Shown: positions 49,547 through 60,100 of the stretch, in pieces
Layout: each line of letters begins with the position of its first letter
Position numbering within the stretch: the first letter of the stretch is position 1
DNA from: a virus
Lineage: Duplodnaviria; Caudoviricetes
Reading direction: 5' to 3' (one strand)
DNA: 64,000 nt
IMG/VR virus record: IMGVR_UViG_3300021400_000095
Translations under genes and position numbers: made by a program
The notes under the pieces: generated by a model
Told to the model about the DNA's origin: nothing
What the model saw: only the letters and a program-made list of their open reading frames with translations
Database searches by the model: none

Positions 49547-49825
49547 TCATGCCACATCTTCCTCAAAAACAAAGAAAATGTGATTATCTTCTACAACAAT
49601 TTTTGTAAGAACATAATTTTCAAGTTTAAATCCAGGGCTAATAAATGGTCCACCTGATGGGTCAAATGCTTTAATATCATTTTGCTTTCCAATTACTCTA
49701 TATGTTGCCCAATCATGTTCAGCAACAAAAATATAATAATTATCTTTTACTTTCTTAAAATAGTTCTTGTGCCCATCTCTGTTGACAGGAATTTGAATGA
49801 TGTTTGGTAAATTAGTTTTTTCCAT
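49547..49825 (-). CDS. hypothetical protein
   Basis: FDPSGGPFI; sigmaA promoter 49843-49875. Confidence 0.65.
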   Translation of the reverse strand: MEKTNLPNIIQIPVNRDGHKNYFKKVKDNYYIFVAEHDWATYRVIGKQNDIKAFDPSGGPFISPGFKLENYVLTKIVVEDNHIFFVFEEDVA

Positions 49826-50078
49826 TTCTTTATTTGTTTTTACAAAAATATAAAACATTTTTAAAAAAAAACAAAATGTCTTAATACTATCTTATGTACT
49901 ATGAGTATTTATTTAGCTAATATATATAATTAGCTTAAAATAATATATTTAGCTATTTATTTTTTTTATAATAAAATATTCTTGAAATAAAATTACTAGT
50001 ACTTATAAGTTATTGCAAGTTAAAGGAAATTTTGTTTTTCTCATTTTTTATTTGTATGTTTGGCAAAAAACTAATTAT

Positions 50079-50405
50079 ATGTCAGGAGGAAGTTTTGATT
50101 ACAAAGAATATAATATTCAATATATTATTGATGAAATAGAAGATGTTATTTTTAAAAATAAAGTTGAAATAACTGAAGAAGATAGAAGAAATAATCCATA
50201 TAATTATTATGATGAACAAAAATATCATTATAATTATAGTGATGAAACTATCAATGAATTTAAAAAGGCTGTTGATATTTTAAAGAAGGCTCAGATTTAT
50301 GCTCATAGAATTGACTATTTATTAGCAGGAGATGATAATGAAGAATCTTTTCTTAAGAGATTACATATGGACTTAGAAAAATTAAATAAAGAAAATGATG
50401 AATAA
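50079..50405 (+). CDS. phage hypothetical protein (MSGGSFDY)
   Basis: Start follows sigmaA promoter 50031-50062. Confidence 0.75.
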   Translation: MSGGSFDYKEYNIQYIIDEIEDVIFKNKVEITEEDRRNNPYNYYDEQKYHYNYSDETINEFKKAVDILKKAQIYAHRIDYLLAGDDNEESFLKRLHMDLEKLNKENDE

Positions 50406-50601
50406 AGTGCTTGAAAATAACCATTTGGTTTTTAAATTCAATGGTGGTGCTGGTGCAGTTCTTTGCTCTAATTGTAGAAAAATTATATATAGTGGTAAAA
50501 ATATACCTGAAGAAATATTAGAAGGAAAAGACACTTCACCCAAATTTTGTAGTGAACAATGTAAAAATGAATTTAATTCAAATCTAAATAATAAAACATA
50601 A
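50395..50601 (+). CDS. small Zn-binding protein
   Basis: CSNC...FCSEQC. Confidence 0.65.
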   Translation: MMNKVLENNHLVFKFNGGAGAVLCSNCRKIIYSGKNIPEEILEGKDTSPKFCSEQCKNEFNSNLNNKT

Positions 50602-50614
50602 AAATATATGAATC

Positions 50615-51259
50615 ATGAAAAGGTTAGTTATTTGTTTGATAAGTTGCCTTATATTATTTATATCTTGTTCTACAGCATACAATGGTTCAAGATATATTAG
50701 CTCTGATTATGAAATTGCTTATATTTTGGAAACAAGATATCCAAAATTATATGAGTATTATGTTAATGATGTCTTATCAGTTTCTTCTATTAGAGAATAT
50801 AAATTACCTAATGGAAATGTTGACTATAAAGTAAATTACAGATTTAAAAAACATTATTTTTATAACTATAGTGAAAGAATGACAATTCTTAAAGAAAGAT
50901 ATGCTGAACTATATGAGTTATATTGTTTGGGTTTAGTTGAAATTAATTCAATGTATATGTATGTTGATAATCATGGGAATATAAGATATAATGTATCTTA
51001 TAGAAGGATAGGTGATTATTATTATGACTATCATTATTATTATGGGAATTATCCATATTATGATTATAGATATAGGCCATTTATACTTAAAACCCCAAGA
51101 GTAAGACCTATTCCAAGACCTGAATCAAGACCACAGCCTAATGTTTCACCAAGGCCAAACAATAATCAAAGACCTCAACCTACTAATCCACAAAGAGTGA
51201 TACCAAGACAACAACCTAACAATTCATCAAGACCAAACACTAATAATAGGAGAAAATAA
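50615..51259 (+). CDS. putative lipoprotein with internal duplication and Pro/Arg-rich tail
   Basis: MKR-hydrophobic-FISC lipobox. Confidence 0.65.
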   Translation: MKRLVICLISCLILFISCSTAYNGSRYISSDYEIAYILETRYPKLYEYYVNDVLSVSSIREYKLPNGNVDYKVNYRFKKHYFYNYSERMTILKERYAELYELYCLGLVEINSMYMYVDNHGNIRYNVSYRRIGDYYYDYHYYYGNYPYYDYRYRPFILKTPRVRPIPRPESRPQPNVSPRPNNNQRPQPTNPQRVIPRQQPNNSSRPNTNNRRK

Positions 51260-51261
51260 TT

Positions 51262-52041
51262 ATGATTTTTGAAACATTAAAAGAAAAATGTAGATACTTT
51301 CAATCATTATATGATTATAAATTATTGCCAAATTGTTTTGCAATTGCACATCTTGATGGTAGAAGTTTTAGTAAATTAATAAAAAAACAATTTAAACTAC
51401 CTTTTGATGATGATTTTATTAATATGATGAATGAAACTACCAGATATCTATGTGAAAAAGTACAAAATGTTGAATTTGCATTTACACAATCTGATGAAAT
51501 AACACTTATTATTAAAGATAATAGTCAGACTGATTTACCATTTGGTGGAAGATTATGTAAATTACAATCTATACTTGCTTCAATGGCAAGTACTAAATTC
51601 AATCAATTATATTTAATTAATAAAATTAAATCACAAGAAGAAAAAATTAAAACAAATGAAGATATTTGTAATTTAATTGAAAATCATAAATTAGTAGAAT
51701 TTGATTGTAAAATTTGGTCAGTTCCATCATTAAATGATGTAAAGGCTTGGCTAATATTTAGACAAAATGATTGTATTAGAAATTCAAGACAACAAACAGC
51801 ACAAACCTATTGCAGTTATAAAGAACTTTTAAAAAAAGGTGCAAAAGAACAAGTTAATTACTTAAAAGAAAAAACTGGTATTGATTGGGATTCATTATCA
51901 GATGATAAAAAATATGGAAGAATCTTTAAAAAAGTTCAAACTGAAAAACAAAAGGAAATTAATGGTGAAACAATAACCTTTATGAGAAATACATGGGAAA
52001 TAGAATCAAAAATAATTGATTTTACTAACTTTGGTGAATAA
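51262..52041 (+). CDS. Thg1-like tRNA(His) guanylyltransferase / 3'-5' polymerase
   Basis: LDGRSFS, QSDEI, FGGRxxK, FDC, RQNDCIRNS. Confidence 0.92.
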   Translation: MIFETLKEKCRYFQSLYDYKLLPNCFAIAHLDGRSFSKLIKKQFKLPFDDDFINMMNETTRYLCEKVQNVEFAFTQSDEITLIIKDNSQTDLPFGGRLCKLQSILASMASTKFNQLYLINKIKSQEEKIKTNEDICNLIENHKLVEFDCKIWSVPSLNDVKAWLIFRQNDCIRNSRQQTAQTYCSYKELLKKGAKEQVNYLKEKTGIDWDSLSDDKKYGRIFKKVQTEKQKEINGETITFMRNTWEIESKIIDFTNFGE

Positions 52042-52068
52042 AAAAAATAAGGACTGAATTTTCAGTCC

Positions 52069-52398
52069 TTATTTTATAAATAACCAAGAAAGTATTCCAA
52101 GAATTTTATATCTTCTTAAATCTTTTTTATTAAGAACATAGTCTAAATCAACATCTTTAACTCTATCTTCATACATATTTAATTTATATAAGAAATTGTG
52201 CACTGCCCATTCCATTTTTAAATCAAAATATGTTCTGTTTTCAAACAATTTTGTGTTTGGAAATCTATATTTGATTAATTCAAATACTCTCTCAAAATCT
52301 CTTTTTCTAACCTTGTAACTATCATAAATTTTAATTCTGTCCCAGAATTCAAACATCTGTAATTCATCAAGGTCTTTTATGTATTCATTGTTTTTCAT
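52069..52398 (-). CDS. hypothetical protein
   Basis: EWAVHNFLY. Confidence 0.65.
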   Translation of the reverse strand: MKNNEYIKDLDELQMFEFWDRIKIYDSYKVRKRDFERVFELIKYRFPNTKLFENRTYFDLKMEWAVHNFLYKLNMYEDRVKDVDLDYVLNKKDLRRYKILGILSWLFIK

Positions 52399-52418
52399 AT
52401 CATTTTCTTTTTCTTTAC

Positions 52419-52856
52419 TTATTTTTTTAATTTACAATAACATTTTCCATTTTTAAGATGAACTGTTTCTATGTTAGCACATTTGTTTGCCCAAGATTCA
52501 GTATAGAAATTATAATAACATTTTGCCTTACTAAATGTTGCCCAAAAAATACTAGGAATACCAATAACAAATAAATATAGAACACCTAAAATCTTGCTTT
52601 GTACTGTGTGCCCATCTAATTCATGTGGGATACCATAATCAACTTCTGTTAATTTATAATCAACAAAACTAAATGGGCCTAAAGAAATTCCACCATGCAT
52701 TTTGCTTGCCTTGAAACATATATTAAAATGCCTAATACCAACAACTTCTAGTTTTCCAATGAATGGAATCATAACTAATGAAACTAAAAATTGTGGGAAT
52801 TGCCATATACATAACAAAACAAATATAAACCACCAAAAAAAACTTTTCTTTTCCAT
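52419..52856 (-). CDS. membrane protein with HE-x-x-x-H motif
   Basis: HELDGHTVQS...FYTESWA; ACTATTTATA at 52871-52880. Confidence 0.6.
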   Translation of the reverse strand: MEKKSFFWWFIFVLLCIWQFPQFLVSLVMIPFIGKLEVVGIRHFNICFKASKMHGGISLGPFSFVDYKLTEVDYGIPHELDGHTVQSKILGVLYLFVIGIPSIFWATFSKAKCYYNFYTESWANKCANIETVHLKNGKCYCKLKK

Positions 52857-52954
52857 AATAATACTTTTTTTATAAATAGTTTTTGTTTTTAATTAATTTG
52901 TTTGTATATTTGCTGTGAATTGAATTATTAATTATTTAAAAATATATAAAATTT

Positions 52955-53443
52955 ATGTGTATTATTGTAATTGGAAGACTTGGTAAGGATGCTGAAGTTA
53001 ATCAGACTGCCAATGGAACAAAATTTGTTAGATTTACTGTTGCTGAAAATAAGTACAAGAATGGTGAAGATAAAACCATCTGGTATGATGTTATTTCCTA
53101 TGATTCTTTTGTAATCAACACTCAAATTAAGGTTCTTAAGAAGGGTACTTTTGTTGTTATTGTTGGTGCACTTGATAGTAAGATTAATATTGGAAAAACA
53201 GGTAATGTTTACCTAAATCACAATATTACTGCTTGGAATATCAATGTTCCTAATCTTGGTGGAAAAGATAATGCAAGAACTGAAATGCCTGAATCTGCAC
53301 CTGTTGAAACACCTATTGCTCAACCTACTATTTCTCTTAGTAAACTTAGTAAACCTGAGGAAAAACAAGTTCTTAATGAAGCACCTTCACAAGTTACAAG
53401 TGGTACTTTAAATGATGATGGTGGTGATGACCTTCCATTTTAA
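52955..53443 (+). CDS. ssb: single-stranded DNA-binding protein
   Basis: IGRLGKDAE OB-fold, acidic tail DDLPF; sigmaA promoter 52882-52912. Confidence 0.92.
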   Translation: MCIIVIGRLGKDAEVNQTANGTKFVRFTVAENKYKNGEDKTIWYDVISYDSFVINTQIKVLKKGTFVVIVGALDSKINIGKTGNVYLNHNITAWNINVPNLGGKDNARTEMPESAPVETPIAQPTISLSKLSKPEEKQVLNEAPSQVTSGTLNDDGGDDLPF

Positions 53444-53572
53444 AAGGGAACAATATACTTGTTGAAGTCCAGACAAAAAAAGTCTGGACTTTTTTGTAAA
53501 AATTCTTGTTATTGCTGATAGATTTTTTAAAGATTATTATGTGGCAAAGCCAATGGCCAGTTATCCACTATT

Positions 53573-54151
53573 TTAAGATTCCCAGTGAGGTGCAATGTCA
53601 TATGTGTTCAAGTCACCACATACAGCATTATATTCATGTTCAATATTCTTTAATATAGCATAAAGTTCTTCATTTTCATACCTATATTTACCACATAATC
53701 TGGATAATTCTAAACCTAATTCTTGCACCTTTTTTCCCCAATCACATACATCTACAGGTATTTCATAATCAGAAACTGGTTCATTTGTTGCATATTCTTT
53801 CAGTACTTTCTTAACACTTTCAGCAACAATCTGTCTGAGAATGTTTTCATTTATCTTTACAAGATTCTTTTTCATATTCTTATTTGTTTTTGATTCATTG
53901 GTTATTCCATATTGTCTCAGAATACTGATAGCATCATTTCCTAATGTTTTTCCAAATCTTTAGCAACCAAATCCATAGGTAAATCATTCAAGTCAAAGTA
54001 TTTTATCTTGCAATGGCTACAACAATTCTTTGTCAACTACACACTAAACTAAAGGTTTAGTATCTTCCTTGATGATATTTTCTATGAATCTGCTCTGTTC
54101 CAACTGCATATTATCAGTAATCTATCTCCATATGGATTGTTGTTGTGTCAT
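53573..54151 (-). pseudogene. decayed gene; ORF 53573..53875 is its intact C-terminal part
   Basis: ATG 54151 is in frame with 53875; six in-frame stops; ACTATTTAT at 54170-54179. Confidence 0.6.
54032..54070 (-). mobile_element. 39-bp solo IS200/IS605-like end hairpin
   Basis: AAGGAAG-ATACTAAAC-CTTTA-GTTTAGTGT-GTAGTTGAC. Confidence 0.45.
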
Positions 54152-54346
54152 TATTTGTATTACCTTTGTAATAAATAGTTTGTAAATGTGGAAAAGTTAT
54201 GGAATACATCAATTATCAGAAAATAAGGTTAATGTTGTACAGTCCTTTGATACTGTATGGAAGCATAAGAATTCTATTGTGATTAAAATTTTTTATCCTT
54301 GCTTTTTTTATGTAAAAATAGTATATTTGTAAAAAAAAATAATACT

Positions 54347-54679
54347 ATGGTTACAATACATCAAATTGAAAATAAAGAACAATATGATTCTTTAATTAAT
54401 TCACCTGATGGGTGTGTTTTGAAAATTTCTGCTGAATGGTGTCAACCTTGTAAGATACTTACTAGAACTATTGAAAATCTTGATGTTGAAAAGGTTGGTA
54501 AAGTGTTTTTTGCAGAACTTGATGCAGATGCTGAGTTTGCTGATGATATTACTTCACAATTAAGAGTAAGAGGTATTCCAGTACTTATCTATTTTAAGAA
54601 TGGTGAAGAAATTCATAGAACAGTTGGTGCTGTTGGTTCACAAGAGATTTATAATGGTCTTGAAAAACTTAATGTATGA
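54347..54679 (+). CDS. thioredoxin
   Basis: WCQPC, VRGIP; sigmaA-like promoter 54298-54329. Confidence 0.92.
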   Translation: MVTIHQIENKEQYDSLINSPDGCVLKISAEWCQPCKILTRTIENLDVEKVGKVFFAELDADAEFADDITSQLRVRGIPVLIYFKNGEEIHRTVGAVGSQEIYNGLEKLNV

Positions 54680-54882
54680 TGTTAATTCTTAAATATATTT
54701 GTGCTGTTATTTGTATATTTTGTTTATTGGTTTTTATAAGTAACATTATTACAAATTTAACATCACCACAAGCATTTATTGTTGAAGAAGGTAAACCTGA
54801 CCCAGCAATGAAACATGCTGCACTAAGACTGATTCTATCAATAATAATTGCACTAACTTTTAGTGTTTTAATTGTATTTTGA
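54676..54882 (+). CDS. small two-TM protein
   Basis: Two hydrophobic helices. Confidence 0.6.
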   Translation: MMLILKYICAVICIFCLLVFISNIITNLTSPQAFIVEEGKPDPAMKHAALRLILSIIIALTFSVLIVF

Positions 54883-55133
54883 TGGAAAATAATATTGAAT
54901 GGTTAAATGAGAAGATAAAGTCTGTTCCCCAAAAGAATGGCCTTTATCTTTTTATGAAAATATTTCTGTTTAAATGGAAAGGTTTGTCTTATAAAGAAAT
55001 GTACCTAATTCTACAAAATCTATATCAATATAAAAGTGATGAAAAAACAGCCAAATCTAAAGCCTTAGCAGAAATTATAAGGATTTATACATATAACAAT
55101 AATAATTCCCCTAAAATAGAAGGAAATGACTGA
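54879..55133 (+). CDS. hypothetical protein
   Basis: Coupled ORF. Confidence 0.55.
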   Translation: MMENNIEWLNEKIKSVPQKNGLYLFMKIFLFKWKGLSYKEMYLILQNLYQYKSDEKTAKSKALAEIIRIYTYNNNNSPKIEGND

Positions 55134-55878
55134 TGATTACAATTTTTTTGTCACTATTGTTGCTGATGAACATCCAAAAGAACTAATGCAATATTATGAC
55201 AAAAATTTAAAAGTTAAACCTTATGTGGTTTATAAATATGAAGATGCTGGTTTACTTAAACAAAGATATATTACAATGTGTAATGCTCTTTTAAACAATA
55301 AAGAACTATCTGAAGATGAAAAATCTGATATTAAACTTACTATTGAATCTGTTTCTGATATGACAGATGATGATTTCTATTTTGATTATGTCTCTGAATA
55401 TACAATTGACCCAAAAACAGGTAATGCAATATCAGATTTAAATAAAGATGGAAAATGGTCAATGTTTCAAGATGGTAAACTTTTCTCAGTGCCTTTCATA
55501 ACACTTGATGGCAGAGAAGTATTCCAAGCAAGAAAATCTGAAATTGACTGGTCAAAAATGCATCTTGCTGGCCAGGAAATTTATAAAAGAGCATGGGAAA
55601 TGGTAATGGAAAATAGTAAACCACAAAATGATAATGAGCATATTATCTATGAAAACATGAAAAATAGAACTATGTATTTTTCAAAATTCAAAACAAAAGA
55701 AAATTATGTTATTCATAGTACAGCATTTTGGGGCTATGCTTTCCTTTCAGAAAAAACAGGTTGGAAAGAACTTGAAGAATATATGAACCAATTTGATTGG
55801 GTCTCACATTTTTATGATAATTTTATTAAGCCACTTGATGAAAATACATTGTTAACTATTTTTGAATGCAAAAAATAA
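55126..55878 (+). CDS. phage hypothetical protein
   Basis: 250-aa ORF. Confidence 0.7.
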   Translation: MTDDYNFFVTIVADEHPKELMQYYDKNLKVKPYVVYKYEDAGLLKQRYITMCNALLNNKELSEDEKSDIKLTIESVSDMTDDDFYFDYVSEYTIDPKTGNAISDLNKDGKWSMFQDGKLFSVPFITLDGREVFQARKSEIDWSKMHLAGQEIYKRAWEMVMENSKPQNDNEHIIYENMKNRTMYFSKFKTKENYVIHSTAFWGYAFLSEKTGWKELEEYMNQFDWVSHFYDNFIKPLDENTLLTIFECKK

Positions 55879-55923
55879 AGAGAGTAGAAAACTACTCTCT
55901 TTATTTGTTTAATATCATTTGTT

Positions 55924-57186
55924 TTAACTTGCTGCTTGCCAAGCAACTGTCCATCCTTTGGAAGCAGCATTATCAATTGCAGTTTGACTAATTTCTCCTT
56001 GATGTAAATTACTAAATGTAACAGTATGTGGATTTGCTGTACAATCAGCAACATTGTTTAATAAATATTCAATTGAAGTAACATCCATCTTTGGAATATG
56101 TGTATATGTTGAATCATCAGCAAAGTTCCAATCATTGTTATTAAGATTAATAAGTCTAACATCTGTTAATTCAGGACATTCAAATGTTGGACCACTTAAA
56201 CAACCATTCTGTATATTTCCATCAACTGTATGACCACTTGTTAAACTTGCTGCATTCATATTAATTCTTGGACCAAGGAATGTTAATTTCCTACAAATAA
56301 ATGCACCACCAAAATCTGCATTTCCTCTTGTACCATCAAATCTTGGATATAGTGTATTATAAATTGCATCATTTTCATTATCCCTTCCCCAACCAGTTAC
56401 ATATGGAATTGAGGTTAATTCATTACAATTGTAAAAGATATTAGTTGCAGTTCTGACTGCATCCCATCTAAAAGGTCCATTAATTACAAGTGTTTTTAAA
56501 GAAGTATCAGCTTCAAACAAACCAGCAATGTCATGACAACCAAAAATATCAGTACCACCAACATTAAGTGTAATACCTGTTGTTGTTGACATCATTGATA
56601 ATGATGTTTGAAAAACTGAACTATATTGATTTCTAATTGTAATATTTACTTGCTTAGGTGTTAAGTATGTAATTCCTGGATATGTAGTACTATATCTTCT
56701 ACCAATAATACTTGAATCACAAGTATAATAATACCCTTGATTGAATGAAAGTGAAAGAGTTTCAACATTACTCATGTCAAATGGACCACAAAACATTTGT
56801 TCCATAGGTGGTCTTGCAAGTTGAACATCATTATATTTTGCTAAAACATCTGCAATATTCCAACCATATGGAAGTTCCTCCCTCCAAACAAAGGTTACTG
56901 CACTTGTTAAATATGTATCAAAATCAGTGATATCTTCAAGTTTTACTGGACAATTTGAATGTATTTGAATTACTTGATAATCTGATTCAGAACCAGGACT
57001 TTTCCATGGACCAGCATCAGCAACATCAGTTTCTAATGTTGCATAACCTGCATCAAGTAATTCTTGCACTGACATTGTTCTATATACAGGGAATACCTGT
57101 TCATCACCCATATATGCTTTCAATACAAGTGATGAACCAAGGTATAATTGTCCTAAATCTGTAATTTGATTATTACCTAACTGCAT
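55924..57186 (-). CDS. putative receptor-binding/tip protein
   Basis: YLGSSLVLKAYMGDEQVFP N-motif; AASKGWTV C-motif. Confidence 0.6.
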   Translation of the reverse strand: MQLGNNQITDLGQLYLGSSLVLKAYMGDEQVFPVYRTMSVQELLDAGYATLETDVADAGPWKSPGSESDYQVIQIHSNCPVKLEDITDFDTYLTSAVTFVWREELPYGWNIADVLAKYNDVQLARPPMEQMFCGPFDMSNVETLSLSFNQGYYYTCDSSIIGRRYSTTYPGITYLTPKQVNITIRNQYSSVFQTSLSMMSTTTGITLNVGGTDIFGCHDIAGLFEADTSLKTLVINGPFRWDAVRTATNIFYNCNELTSIPYVTGWGRDNENDAIYNTLYPRFDGTRGNADFGGAFICRKLTFLGPRINMNAASLTSGHTVDGNIQNGCLSGPTFECPELTDVRLINLNNNDWNFADDSTYTHIPKMDVTSIEYLLNNVADCTANPHTVTFSNLHQGEISQTAIDNAASKGWTVAWQAAS

Positions 57187-57188
57187 AA

Positions 57189-60100
57189 TTATGAAGTTGT
57201 TCCTGTTATTATATATAAAGTATTAGAATCTTTTTCTGTTATTGCATTAAAGTCTGCTTGACTTCCTGACCAAATAAATCCTACACTAGAACTTCTTACA
57301 GTATTTTGTGGAATTAATGCATTAACCTCATCCTTTGTATAAACATCAGTCTTGTTAGCCTTTCTGTCATTGAGGTCATTCATTGCTGCTGAAATTACTT
57401 TACCATCATTGTCAATCTCATCCTTTGTATAGAAATTTTCAGCAACATCACCACTTGTGACTAAATTAGCAGTTGCAGTTTCAACAGCAGTTGCAATTGC
57501 AGCATCAGTTTGACCACTTGTGTAATATCCACTCAAATCAACCTGCCCTGAATTACCACTTAATTCAATAATTCTTGAATTCAAGTCATTTAATGATGTT
57601 GAAATAACAAATTCATCATTTTCCCAATCTTCTTTTGTAAGGAATTTATTATCAGCCTCTTCTTTAGTATAAACTGAACCAGTAACACTTTCTTCAAGTT
57701 CACCAATCCTGTCATTGAGGTCATTTATTGCTGCTGCAACAACCTCTTCTTTAGGGTTGAAGAAATCATATGTTACATAATATTCAGTATTAGCTGAAAG
57801 TTGATTGAGTTTACTGTTAATTGTGTTATCAGCACTCTGTCTTTCACTTCTTTCATTGTTAATTGAAGTATTTAACTCTTGCCTGAGACCATCAAGTTGG
57901 TCACTTACATCAATGTCAGCAATTAACTCATCAATTTCTTCCTTAGTATAAATGTCACCCTTAACTTTATCTTCAATACCTTCAACTCTATCATTAAGGT
58001 CATTTAAAGCAGCTGCAATTACCTTTTCATCTTCTTCAAGTTTTTCATTAATCTCATCATCATTTAAAGTTCTTTCAGTAATTTCTTGTGTTAATGCACT
58101 CCAAATGGCTGTTTCTTCAGTAATTGCTCTTTCAGTTTCAGCATCAATCTTGTTATCAAGTCTTTCATCTTCAGCAGTTCTGTCTGCTGTTTCTGCTGAA
58201 AGTGCTGATTCAATTTCAGAAACCTTATTGTCAATTTCAGTCTTGTTATAATAATTTGAAGGGTCAAATAAATCTTCAAGTGGAATTTCTATATCTTCTT
58301 TACCAGCATCAGTATTGAATCTAATTACTAAATTGCTTCCTGATACAAATACATTATCAACCATTCCATCCTTAATGAAATCAGTTGCATCAATTGTATC
58401 AATAACTTCATTATCATGTTTGAAAACAATTGTCTTTGCACTTGAAACATATTCAGCACCATTGAAAGTTCCCATGGTAGCAGCACTTAACTCTGCAAGA
58501 TTACTTTCAATTACTTTTGTTGCACCACTAAGGTTATTAAGATTGTTCTCAATAATTTGAGTTGCACCACTTAATTCACTAATATTGTCATTGATTTCAG
58601 AGATTGCAGATTCAGTTGCTGCTGAAAGTTCATTAAGATTACTTTCAATACCCTGTGTTGCAGCACTAAGTACATCAATTTTTCCTTCAAGTCTGTCAAT
58701 CTCAGATGCTGTTGCACCACTAAGTTCATTAACCTTATTCTCAATAACCTGTGTTGCACCACTTAAATCATCAACCTTTTCATTAATTTCTGAAATTGCA
58801 GATTCTGTTGCACCACTTAAATTAGTAATTTCATTTTCAATTTTATTAATTTCTGAAATTGTAGAAGCTGAAAGTTCATTAAGTTCTTCTTGGATTCTTT
58901 CTGTTGAACCAGAAATATCAATATGTGAAACAATATCATCAACTTCTTCTTTTGTATATACATCAGATTTGTTTGCTTTTCTGTCATTAAGGTCATTTAA
59001 TGAAGCAGAAATAACTTCTGACATATCATCAATTTCTTCCTTAGTATAGAAATTTGTTAATCCAGACTCAATTTCATCAAGTCTTTGATTAATTTCCTCA
59101 ATTTCTGAAGGTGTTAAACCTGAAAGTGCATTAATTTTATCTTCAAGTCTTTGGATTTCTTCATTAGTTTTTGCACTAATAGCATTGTCAGCATTTTGTC
59201 TGTTAACAATTTCAGCTGCTATTTGCTGTCTTGCATATTCATCAGTACCACTACTACCTGAGCCATTTTGAAGTTCTTGTAAAATTGTATCTAATGTTTT
59301 ACCACTTGCCCAACATACCATATCAGCAGTATTATTGGATGCATAATACATCTTCTTGCCAGTATTAGGGTCTTCATACCATTTAAGTAAATTATGTTCA
59401 GCCTCTTCAGGATTTCCTTCAGCAGCATTAATATGATTGAAAATATAATTGTTTAAACCATTATCAATGTCCTCCTTTGTATAATAGTTCTCAGGATTGA
59501 AAATGTCAGATAATGGAATATATACTGTTTGTTTACCTGCTTGTGTATTCCATTCAATAACAAGTTGATTACCAACAATTTCAACTCTATCAATCATGCC
59601 ATCAGTAACAAATTTGTTAGCATTTACTCTTGAAATCTCAGCATCATTTTTACCCTTAAGTACAATATATGTTACATCATCTTCTTCTGCAATACCAACA
59701 GTAAGATTTGTTAATAATCCTGAATTGTCTTGGGTTAAAACCTTATCAGCAGAATTAATCCTTAATGAAACAACTTTATCAGAATCACCTTCTACTAAAA
59801 TTGCACCTTCACCACTAAGTGTCTCACCTTCAAGACTATCAATTCTATCAGAAAGTGCTGAATCTGCTGATTCTCTATTGGCAATCTCATCATTTAATTG
59901 ATTTTGTAATGTTTGTTCTGCTGCTTCTGCTCTTGTTTGTTCAGCACTAATTGCATCTTGAAGAACATTTTCAGCATTCATTGCTCTTTCAATCTCATTA
60001 TTAATTGTGGTATTAAGACCACCTTCAGCAGTAATTGCTCTTGTTCTTTCATTATCAATTTCCTCTTGAAGTGTGCTTTCTACACTTTCTGCTCTTGCTT

